Source of the DNA: Nemertoderma westbladi
Lineage: Eukaryota; Animalia; Xenacoelomorpha
NCBI GenBank assembly: GCA_032718475.1
Contig: JAUCBJ010008561.1
Coordinates: 1-43,745, forward strand
Length of the DNA stretch: 43,745 nucleotides
Direction of reading: 5' to 3'
Below, in pieces: positions 33,122 to 43,745 of this stretch. The position numbers were made by a program, and so were the translations under genes. The notes under the pieces were generated by a model. That model saw nothing but the letters and a program-made list of their open reading frames with translations. It ran no database searches and had not been told where the DNA came from. The number at the start of each line of letters is the position of its first letter. Within the stretch, counting starts at the first letter, position 1.

Positions 33122-35616
33122 CTAGAAAGCCCGTGGCCCTTCGGGCCACGTCTTTCTAGTTCACAAGCCTATTCACCATTCCAAACATTAGATTAATTAA
33201 TTAACTTGACTTAACAAAACGTCACATGGTTGAGTGTTCTCTCAAACAAAGCCTAAAAGCATTTTTAATAACTAAATGTGAGAATGTTTTCACTTTTCAG
33301 ACATTTCGCACCCTCTACCAGTATACTGGAGAACTGCAGACTGGTTAGCATCCGCCCCAAACACACAGCCTATGGTGTAGTATACGTTTCCCAAGTATAA
33401 AAAAAAGGGCCACAGCTTTCTAGTGCACGTGCAGATGATATATGAATATGTGTGGGAGATTCGAGAACTGCATACGGAATAGACACCATCATTAAATAAA
33501 ACACCACCCCCATAAGATATAACTGTCAAGTTTCAACTTTAGGCAGATTGTAAATAACAAAATTTCCAGAAAATGATCACTTTCAGATCCACCCTCTACC
33601 TGCGGACTGGTGAAATGCAGACGGCGCTGCAGTTTGGTAAAGATGGGGTTTATGGTGAAGTAAAATAATGCCTGCCTTTCAAGTTTCAGCTTAAACAGAT
33701 TGTAAATAACAAAATTGGTGTAGATGTTCACATTCAGACATTTCACCCTCTAGCGGTAGACTGAAGAACTGTGGACGACTCTGGGACTCCGTAAAGATAC
33801 AGAATATGCTGTAGTAGATTCCTGCCAAGTTCCAGCTCAATAGGATTAAAAAGAACCAAATGGGATGAGGTGTTCACTATCAGATATGTCGCCCTCTAGC
33901 GGCAGATGGGGGGACTGTATACAACTCTGTGACTCCGTAAAGGTACAGCCTATGCTGTAGTAGATGCCTACCAAGTTTCAGTCTAAACCGTTAGTAAATA
34001 ACAAAGTTGGAGAAGATGTTAACTTTCAGACATTTCACCCTCTAGCGGTAGACTGGGGAAGTGAATAGGATTCTGCAACCCCGTAAAGATACAGCCTATG
34101 ATGTAGTAGATACCAACCAAGTTTCAGCTCAAAATGATTAAAAAGAACCAAATGGGATGAGGTTTTCACTATCAGACAATTCGCCCTCTAGCGGCTGACT
34201 GTGGAACTGTAGACGACTCTACTACTCCGCAAAGATATAGCCTATGCTATAGTAGATGCCTACCAAGTTTCAGTCTAAAAGGATTGTAAATAACAAAGTT
34301 GGAGGAGATGTTAACTTTCATACATTTCACCCTCTAGCGGCAGACGCGGGTAATGTAGACAACTCTGCGCGACTCAGTAAAGATATAGCCTATGCTGTAG
34401 TAGATGCCTACCAAGTTCAGTCTAAATGGATTATAAATAACAAAGTTGGAGAAGATGTTAACTTTCAGACATTTCGCCCTCTAGCGGTAGACTGGGGAAT
34501 TGTAGACGACTCTGCGACTCAGTAAAGATACAGCCTATGCTGTAGTAGATGCCTACCAAGTTTCAGTCTAAACGGATTGTAAATAACAAAGTTGGAGAAG
34601 ATGTTAACTCTCAGACATTTAGCCCTCTAACGGTAGACTGGGGAACTGTGGACAACTCAGTGACTCAGGAAATATACAGCCTATGCTGCAGTATATAGCT
34701 ACCAAGTTTCAGCTCAAAAGCATTAAAAACAACCCAATGAGATCAGGTTTTCACTATCGGACAATTCGCCCTCTAGCGGCAGATGGGGAAACTTCAGACG
34801 GCTCTGAGTATTACGTTGCAACGAGTTAGGGCAAGACCTATCTAACGAGCTATAGTAAGCGAGATTTCATCGAGATTAGATGTATAATATTAGATAAAAT
34901 AATAATACAGTAAGTATAGGCCTACAGAAATAATTATTTTACTTTTAATATTCATAACAGTAAAACAAAAATGTTATAAACCTCTCCTTCCATGCAGCCA
35001 ATGATTGAGAAAGCAGAATTACACTTGAGCAGTTCGCAACAGACAACCCAAACCCACCCCAATCAACACTACAGCCTGGCTTGCTCCTTATCTGTGCCCA
35101 GCTAGCTGCGATTTCAATAATTACCTTACGTTGCTATGATACAGAAAAAAATCCTTCCCTATTCACTACAGCACTAAGAATAGGCCAATTCGATCGTGCT
35201 TGGCGAATATGACATATTTATACACTATTTGGTTTTTAATCAATAAATAATCATACATATTTATATTAAACACTCGAATAAAATAAAAACTTTGTGAGAA
35301 TGGGACACGGCGAATCTACCCATGTTAATTTTATACCAGGTGGGATAAATGTTAGCCCTCTAAATAATTAATTACCGATAGAAGAACCGAAATAATTCGA
35401 TAAATTTCGCCCGAAAATCACGAAAATCGCCCTCTAGCGGCAGACGGGCGAACTTCAGACGACTCTGAGTATTACGTTGCAACGAGTTAGAGCGAGACCT
35501 TTCTAACGAGCTATAGCAAGCGAGATTTCATCGAGATGGGTTCGATTGTATAGCCGATGACAAACACACAGACAGACAGACTGACTGACAGACAATCGAT
35601 ATTTATATATATTAGA
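33122..35616 (-). mobile_element. Non-autonomous Helitron copy A (composite)
   Basis: 5' TCTAATATATATAAAT plus TGTC repeats at 35616; 3' hairpin CGTGGCCC-GAA-GGGCCACG followed by CTAG ending at 33122. Confidence 0.75.
33520..34810. repeat. ~146-bp tandem repeat array, second subfamily
   Basis: AACTTTCAGACATTTCGCCCTCTAGCGG recurs at about 33738, 33885, 34030, 34177, 34322, 34469, 34616 and 34761. Confidence 0.9.
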
Positions 35617-35738
35617 CTAGAAAGCCTGTGGCCCTTCGGGCCACAGCTTTCTAGTGCACGTGCAGATGATATATGAATATGTGTGGGAGATTCGAGAACT
35701 GCATACGGAATAGACACCATCATTAAATAAAACACCAC
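35617..35738 (-). mobile_element. 3' end of a third Helitron copy, interrupted by an LTR insertion
   Basis: Hairpin plus CTAG at 35617; 35638-35738 is repeated at 33406-33506. Confidence 0.7.
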
Positions 35739-36960
35739 TGTTCGCGCTTTTGAAGACCTTTAGCAGTTTAACCCGCCAAAATTTATATGTCTTCTAGTTA
35801 ATTAAAACCACTTTAGCATACGACAATATTTTATGCTAATACGCAAAACATTAGCCGAAGTCAGCCCATGCGCGATCATTCACCCGATGGATCTACACCC
35901 GGGGGACTGAATTCGGATGCTTGAATTGTATTATTACAGTGTAAGGTTGCAGTGTATACCTAATGTATTATTCGATAGATCGTTAATAATTAATCTCTGA
36001 CAGATATTATTGGCTTTCGGGAAATATTAACAGTTCCTTTAGGACGTGGCGCTTTATCTATTTAAACAGAACTAAGACTTATACTAAACGCAACGATACT
36101 GCTTATGATTAAAGTATAAAGCGTATTCTTTAGGAAATACTTTGTTACCAATCTCAATCATACACACTATTCTGCCGACAGTCAGTATATTTGATCACAC
36201 ATAAAGAGAGCAGTAATTGACTCACGTAGGGTCTGCTAAATAACATTGGATTCAATACACACCACATTAATATAAATCGCAATTGTTATGTATAGCCGGT
36301 CTCTCTAACCTGTAGTGTTATCAAGAAAATTGGGAATTGGGTGATTTATCCGTATTATCCAAATAGCAATATTTCCATCAACAAATAAGTACAATTAATA
36401 ACTGACGGTAAAATAACAGTACAAACAATATGATTAGTTAAATTGATCGGTAGTTAGTTAAGGTAACAGTTTATACTTTCGATAATTCAAGCAGTTTACG
36501 GTACAGCAGTATCTATCCAAAATGCCGGTGTTTCTGGCTTAGACAGCAATAACAACAAAGTATCAAGAAAAACCTGTAAGACTGAACACTCTCCTTATGA
36601 TCGACTAAAAAGCTACACATCGACAGGAAAAATCGCTCTGATTGGCTCAAGCCAAACAAAGAACCACACATCTAATGGCTGTCTCCATGTCAGCAACCAG
36701 CTGTTAGATGTCGTAATATGAATCATCACGGCTAAGCTGTGAAAGGTGGTTGGTGCATTGCGGGTTTTTTGCCTTACCATGTCCACTAAAACACGTATAT
36801 AGCAGAATTACTTTTATGTCCGTTAAAACACCTGTAAAGGTACCTTGCGGGCGAGGGGAATATATATACAGTCAGAGAACCCTTTTAGAGTATTCCAGCG
36901 CCTGGGGGGGAACTGGCCAGCCAAGGCAAACGTATCAGTTATCCCACAAAAGCTTTTACA
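35739..36960 (-). repeat. 3' LTR (~1.22 kb)
   Basis: Minus strand GGGAGCGG|TGTAAAAGC ... GCGCGAACA; homologous to 30055-31311. Confidence 0.75.
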
Positions 36961-37038
36961 CCGCTCCCAGAAAATGGGATTTAAGTCTATAAAATATACA
37001 AAATCACAGTTTCTAAAATACAAAAATACTCTAAACAG

Positions 37039-38487
37039 TTAGTCTTTCTTGCGCGGACGGCGTTTACGCAGTTTTTTGAAGCTAGCAAGAGTCCTTTTCT
37101 CTTTGGGGCGAGCCACTTTACTAGGAGGGCTATAACTCCTGGGTGAAGGGTGCAATATGATTGCATCAGAAGGTATGGGATTGCGATCGGTATATCCGCC
37201 GGTCGAAGTACCGGGTTGATTGACATCAACGTCCGGGGAGAGGGGTCTAACGGCTTTGAGAGCTCGTTTCAAGACAGCCGCTCTTACGGGTCCTTTACGA
37301 GTGGTCTGAACGAGGGCCGTGGGTGGACCATAGGCAGTTAGAAACTTCCTTGGTTTAATGGTTCTTTCTAACTCGCGTTCGCGGGCTCGATACTCGTAAG
37401 GCCGTCGATATACTTCTTGTAACTCAGGGTGTGAGTTGACGAATAAGTCTCCATAGGCAGGGTCTTGACGGATAAAGTTTATTAAGTTGTAAGACTGGAT
37501 GTCACTCGGATTAATGCTCCTGAGAAATTTACGCACATATTTGGTTGAAATACATTCTCCAACGCGCTTCAATAGTTCATAACTTGATAGGCGCGATTTC
37601 TGCTCGACGGAGGCAAACAAATATGGATGGAACGCATAAACTCCTTCGTAGGCGCGTCCGGGATAATAGCGATGGCGTGAGTCACAATGTAAATCAGCGT
37701 TCGCTTCCCAAGCTCTGATATAACGTAGTACAATCATTTCATCTACGCTCTCTAAATCATGGTTAAAGGGACAATCAAAGCTGGCGTGTCCTTTTAATTG
37801 ACAATGATGGCATTGAGTCATAAATTGGGGGCAGACGGCAAAAATGTGCAAATTATTAAGCCGACAATATGCACAATAGATTTCCATCGACGGTTGCTCG
37901 TGGAAATAGGAACAAAGATCGTTGGTGTCCATAGACGTAATATGGTCTCTCGATGCGCACAGCCGACAACGTTGTCGAGAAACATAATTGGCATGGCGAT
38001 AATCATACGCAGTAAGACACTGTGGACCTTGATACCATTCTAGGAGGCAATCGTTGTCGTTGTTCCGGGCGCGATAGGCTGAATCTCCTCAGCTTCTAGG
38101 CATATTGGTTCGTCTTCCCAGTCTGTTACGAATATAATTTTCGTGATCTATTCTCGGTTTATCGTTACGACTCCGCTGGGTATGATATTTAAATAGAACC
38201 ATTTCCCTTTCGGTGTATACATCGTCCGTATCATGTAAATCGATAGGATGGCCGGTAGTTAAGAAGTCCATATACGTACCATTACGATGCGTATAGCGAG
38301 CGGTGAATTTTCTATAGTCCGCTTCACGCGTAAGTTGTTCCTGGGACATCGGCGGTTCGATATAACGACCATCGTCCTCCGTAATAGTCGGATCAGCTTC
38401 ACCGCGTATCAAGCTATCCACAAACGCTTGTAAAGGTAGAGTATATCGCTCTCTAATACCAAGGTCATCTTCTATCAATTCCGTCAT
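37039..38487 (-). pseudogene. Second copy of the accessory zinc-knuckle gene, disrupted near 38065-38125
   Basis: The 297-aa ORF is nearly identical in protein to the C-terminal half of 28279-29976. Homology continues to about 38120 across a 1-bp deletion near 38068. The upstream 132-aa ORF is in the same frame but has no counterpart in the first copy. Confidence 0.75.
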
Positions 38488-39294
38488 ATCTGCTATCTGA
38501 GTTTGTTAATATCAATATAAGTTAATATTTTAGGCAAGCGGGCGTTGCTGCCTACTAGGCTTTTTGCCCCCGGACAGTGGGTTTCTCAGCGCCGATGTAC
38601 CGCTGTCGCAGTGTTTACGCCAACATGTAGCACAGCACGACAACGATAACCGGCACAAGTCCCACCACTGTCCGTCCCAAAGGCTTGAATCCACTTGAGG
38701 TTATTTCGGTAGAGTTAGGGCTATTTTACAATTGCGATTAGCTACTGTAAACACACTTTAGTAGTAACATTCACCTATAAACGCACAAATTCCATACAAT
38801 CATTACTTACTGCACACATGCATACCATTTGTCCGTTAGTCAGTGTCTTCCAGAATGTCACGTATTTACTATGTATCCTTGGATACTAATAGCGCGCTAT
38901 GTATACTCTTATGCTACGCAATGGGGCAAGCCTTTTATTGTTCTTTTAACTTGCTTCTAATTCTAGCGTGGGTGTTGCCATGGTGACATTATGGAAAACT
39001 AGCGGTAGAATTAGGGCAATCCTCATGCATACAGATCTGGGATGTTATTTAAGAGTAATTCTTTAATTGTCAATATCCTCTTTATGCATGATTTTATAAA
39101 TTTTATCGGCTATTGACTATATGTTGGAGATTCTCGCACTCTAATACACTCAATTTGAATCTCCGCTCCCATGATCTATTAATTACTGGAATTTTGGGAA
39201 TGTTGTAAATTGCACAAAATGACAATTTATGAAATTCATTTAAATATGAATTTAATTTATTCCCGTGAATTTTATTATTTGATGTTAAATTGAC

Positions 39295-39560
39295 ATAAAT
39301 TTTATTCCAGAGCAAGTCTGGGGACATAAGATCCTTAATTCTATGAAATTTGTCTTTTAAGAGTATCGGTAAGTGCTACGATATCTTAATCGACTAGAAT
39401 TGTGAACGGATCTGAATTTTAAAGATTTTAATAAATATTAAATTAATATTTAGGATGGGCACCGATTTATTCCAGAACTTGTCTGGGGACGTTAACCACT
39501 GATTCTAGAATTTGTCTTTCAAGTATATCGGTGGGTGCCACGATATCTTAATCGACTAGA
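39295..39560. repeat. Two diverged direct repeats (~165 bp period) in the BEL non-coding region
   Basis: TTTATTCCAGA...GTCTGGGGAC...CGATATCTTAATCGACTAGA at about 39301 and 39467. Confidence 0.8.
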
Positions 39561-40109
39561 GTTACAGATGGTCAAAGTTTAACAGATTTATTTGCGATTT
39601 ACGCTACTGTTAGAGGGACATCACGCTACTATATGTATTATTTGTTATAAGGTAGAAGAGCAATATCGCACGAAGCAATGTCAGTGTGAAGAGGCAAGTC
39701 GTTTCCAAGGTCTACCCAGAGCTTGGTTTAGCCGAGACACGAGGATCTGAACTTTGCATTCCTAATACTCTGCCTACCAATAATACTTAAATATAGTAGT
39801 GGCTTTATTGTACTTTAAGAAGTACTGACATGTCATCTTACTATAGTCTCGCATTTATAATATAATACGGACAGTAAGGAAAGAGAAAATAATTACTTCT
39901 TGCCGTCGCACTAAATATATATTATAAGTAATTATGTACGTAATAAACACTAATATATTGCACTAATCTACTAAATAATCGCTAAAATAACATTCTACTA
40001 AATAAAATTAAAGAAAACGATTATAATAAAATTACGTAATAATACATACATAAATATAAAATAAAAACAAATATAAAATGATATAGTCACACACCCACTC
40101 CATATGTTA

Positions 40110-43100
40110 TTATGTTATGGAGTCCCTAGATATTTGTCGGATTAGGGAAGTGGTCGTAGGAAGAGTATCTTGCCTTCCATAGTTTCCGGACAGTTTTTGG
40201 TCTCTTTCCAGTAAACATAAACGACCAGCTGGGCGATTGAGTTGTTGTGTTAGTTTCTCCGCTCCCTTGGCCTGTCTACTCTCTGCTGTGGTAAGATGAG
40301 GAGGCCATTCTTCTTCTTCTTTACTTAAGGAGTCGGATCCACCTAACCAGCCTGGAGTATCTATCAGTTCTTGAGGAGTTGCTCCTCTGGAAGCGATGTC
40401 GGCTGGCTTAATCGTCCCAAGGCAATGTCTCCATTGATCTACATTGGAGTTAATATCGTCATTATCTGAGGAGTATGGTGTTCCCTCAGTTGGATCGTCC
40501 ACATCACTGCTCTCCACTTCCCCCTTTACTTGGTATACCTGTGGTTGAGGTAATCTCTCTTTGAGAGTTCTACGGGAAGGGCCAGTGAAGTACCAACCTA
40601 CTCTAGTTCTTACCGCATAAGTTTGTAATGGCTGTGGTTGAGCAGGCCGTTTCTCTAATGGCTCGAGCGCCTCATGCGCGTTTTGGCCGATGAGTATTTG
40701 CACTCCAGGATAATCGGTTGGGAATCGAGGTATCTCAAGATGTTGGATGCACTCGTCCTCGTCCCAGTTATAAGGTTCTGCTTGAGTAGTAGCAAAGTTC
40801 TTTATAGCCACCATTTTTACTGACCTTATACCTTGTGTTCCTAACTTATCCTGGGGGGTGGACAACACACCTACATAGTAATCTGCCGTTAGGGTAGATT
40901 TCCAAACCTGCATAATTCCTGACATATTCAATTTAGTCCGGAACTTGGGTTGTCCAGCAAAGATATCTTCGGCTAGTTCTTGATCGATGAATGTTCCTGT
41001 GCTGCCGGAGTCAAGTAGGGCGTTCACTATGTAACTCTTGTTGGGACCATGAACTCGAACTTGCACTACAGGAAATTCTCTTATTCCTATGTTGGAAGTT
41101 GGAACTTTCCAAGATGGTGGTTTGTCAAAAGTAGTTGGGGGAAACTCATTGGTGGTGTCTTTTTCGTAAGTAAGTGCTCGATACACTGCGGTATTTATTA
41201 GGTAACAGGATTCGTTGGCGTCGGAGAATTCGTCCGTATAGAATCCTTCCCACTCAGAACTTTGGTCAGTGTCGTTCACATCACTGAATTGGACATGTGA
41301 TTTGGGCTCACTTACCTGACTCGGGCTGTTTCGTTCGAATTCCGTGTGTAACAAGCTATGATGTTTCGCGCCGCACTTAGCACACCTTGCGTCAGAGTAA
41401 CAGGTTCGCCGCTGGTGTCCGCGTCTGAGACAGTTATAACATAACCGCTTATCCCACAGGACTCCACGTCTATCTGCCATGGATTTCTTTAGGAATTCTG
41501 CACACGCACTCAAACGGTGGGGCCCGTCGCACAGCGCACATTTTGGTTTGATGTTACTCACCTTAACTTGGTGAACGTTCTGCACTCTCGTTCTTTCTTC
41601 GGGCTTTCTTCCGTGAATTCTCTTAGGAGACGTAGGAGGAGTTGTTGTTACCTGTTCTCTCCTGTCACTGGTTCGAGACTTGTATTTACTTACGTCTTTA
41701 TAGGTCTTGTTGTCATAGTAAGATTTTGCTGTGTCTTTCCCGCTGTCCTCTTCTTGAGAAGCTTGGCTTTCGCCGTCGTCAGTATAACACACTGGTATTA
41801 TCCTTCTCCTAGAAACGGGTTTCTCACTTACCTTATTTTCCGATGTTTTCTCTCTGGACTGCCTTATGAGTTGTAATTTTACTTCACTATCTAAGAAAGA
41901 CATGAGATCAGCCATGGTAGGACTTCGTCGTTGTTGTTCATTCATGTACAACACTTTCTTGTCCCAGCGTGTACATACTCCACCCTTTGGTAAAGTAGAG
42001 ACTACGGCTCCAATAACCATGGAACTCTGGTATTCGTGCGACTTACCTAACCAGTCCAGTTGTCTACAGATCTCTTGTATTTCATCGGAAAACTCTATAA
42101 TCCCACTACTAAGGAAGTGTCGGGGGGCTACCAATTTTGTATACAAATACTTAGCTATGTTATCTTTGTTACCATACCTGATGTTTAATGTATCCCAAAC
42201 TTGTCTTAATCCATCTGGATGTCCAATAAACTTTAACGCCATTAACTTGGGAGGTCCTTCCAAACACTTGATGAGGAATCTAAGTTTCTCTCCGTTAGAT
42301 AGTACAGAGTTCTGTATGCTATCTTTGTAATATTCGTTGAAAGGTAACCATTTCATCTCATCCCCATTGAATTTGACGATCTCTCCCACTTTGACCGCTT
42401 GGCGGGCTTCTGTTCTAGCCATCTGACGCGTAAAGCTTTCTTGGGCCATCGTGTTATTTAATATCGAATTATCGGTATACAAATTTCTCGGATCATTATC
42501 AGGTCTATAGGGAATATCATTAATAACAGGTCTATAATCACCCTTAATAGGGTTTGCTATAGGAGTTTCAACTTCACTAGCAGTATAGATGCGTGTAGGC
42601 TCCACACCTTGCGCATGTAATACTTCATCCCCATTGAATTTGACGATCTCTCCCCACTTTGACCGCTTGTCGGGCTTCTGTTCTAGCCATCTGACGCGTA
42701 AAGCTTTCTTGGGCCATCGTGTTATTTAATATCGAATTATCGGTATACAAATTTCTCGGATCATTATCAGGTCTATAGGGAATATCATTAATAACAGGTC
42801 TATAATCACCCTTAATAGGGTTTGCTATAGGAGTTTCAACTTCACTAGCAGTATAGATGCGTGTAGGCTCCACACCTTGCGCATGTAATACTTCAGACCT
42901 AACGGGTTGACACAATGTTACAGGGGGCATTGGTATGCCTTTTTGTATATTGACTAATTTGTCGCGTTCTAGCGCGATACTTTGCTGCACTTCTTGCAAC
43001 TCTGCTCTACTTTCCCTCACTGTTCCCTTAAGTTGGTGGACAGTCTCCTGCATCTGTCCTAGCAGGAGATTCATCCCCCGCCGTCCCTCTTCCACCCACT

Positions 43101-43745
43101 CAACCGCCGAAGCGGGAGTCGCCAACATAGTAGCGGGCTGACGCGGGACGACGGGAGACAAATTATTGATTTCTCTCTCTGCTATCTGGACAGGGGTGTT
43201 TGCATGGGCTGTTCCACCGGGTACAGGCAGTGTAGTGCTATGTAAAGGGAATTTAGAGTTAAGCTCTGGAAGTGTAGGGGTCTCTAGCACAGAAGTGACT
43301 TTGGGAATTACAGGCCTAATTATTTCAGGTTCATCGACTATAGTAGGGAGTCTTTTGACCTGGATAAATTGTTCTATAGGTTCTGCACTACCTAAATCTG
43401 TGCTAGTTAGCTGTCTTTTAACAGCTGGGGGCAAATCAGGCAATTTACGACGGTAATATGTTTTTCTACGCCTACTTAGATGAGATCTATCTCCTCCGCC
43501 TTCAGGGTCGGTAGTATCGCCTTCCTCCGATGATGTGTACCCCTGGCGCTTGGGAGTAGATTTTCTCATCATCTGCATTTGATTAGCAGTAAACTGTTTA
43601 TTTATACTGTCTTGTGTCTCTTGCAGATTCTCCAACTCCAGTTGGGTAGTCTGCTCAGATGCTCTCCTTTCTGCTTCTGCCACTGCCTTTGCCACCTTTC
43701 TTTCTGCTTCTGCTTCTGCCGCCGCTGCTTTCTTTCTGCTTCTGC
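40110..43745 (-). CDS. gag: BEL/Pao Gag-protease polyprotein, split by a 1-bp frameshift near 42652; RT and integrase absent
   Basis: KFNGD..KWLPF...LSNGEKLRFL; CALCDGPHRLSAC, CYNCLRRGHQRRTC, CAKCGAKHHSLLH; ALLDSGS; ILIG; AVRTRVGW..TGP; then QWRH....KPADIASRG...W..G. The frame is open to the window end. Confidence 0.9.
42361..42895. repeat. 267/268-bp tandem duplication inside gag
   Basis: 42361-42627 and 42628-42895 are near identical, with TCA microhomology at the junction; the second copy has one extra C. Confidence 0.95.

Larger units (their letters stand above)
35739..43745 (-). mobile_element. BEL/Pao LTR retrotransposon, non-autonomous (RT and integrase deleted); 5' end outside the window
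   Basis: Gag with DUF1759-like region and three BEL-type knuckles, aspartic protease, RNase H tail, accessory ORF, PPT and 3' LTR. Continuity across the non-coding gap 38500-40100 is inferred. Confidence 0.8.

Noticed and set aside
31587-35738. Short ORFs within the Helitron repeats
   Set aside because: Translations of tandem repeats and microsatellites with no RepHel motifs.
28890-38120. One large foldback/TIR transposon with 2.4-kb arms
   Set aside because: The arms are clearly diverged, and each has PPT + TG...CA LTR structure, so two independent LTR insertions explain it better.

Overview
AT-rich eukaryotic (probably invertebrate animal) heterochromatin-like DNA built almost entirely from nested repeats, with no recognisable host gene. 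In order: (1) a probable Polinton/Maverick-type terminus (1-247); (2) a ~12.7 kb 52-bp satellite interrupted by an intact 4.8 kb CR1/L2-group LINE; (3) an internally deleted BEL/Pao LTR element on the minus strand; (4) a 6.75 kb element with 431-bp terminal inverted repeats ending AGTAGT...ACTACT; (5) two related BEL/Pao 3' ends facing tail-to-tail, each with a zinc-knuckle accessory ORF where env would sit, separated by head-to-tail non-autonomous Helitrons whose ~146-bp repeats each carry a CTCF-like motif. The 6.75 kb element is the most unusual object. It has no polymerase, integrase or capsid gene. It does carry a zinc-finger protein fused to a domain resembling the N-terminus of Polinton pPolB, a TBP-like gene, an apparent spliced non-coding leader, a B-box array, a palindromic minisatellite and a tRNA-like gene. 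It looks like a non-autonomous 'mini-Polinton'. All family assignments come from reading motifs by eye; no searches were run.
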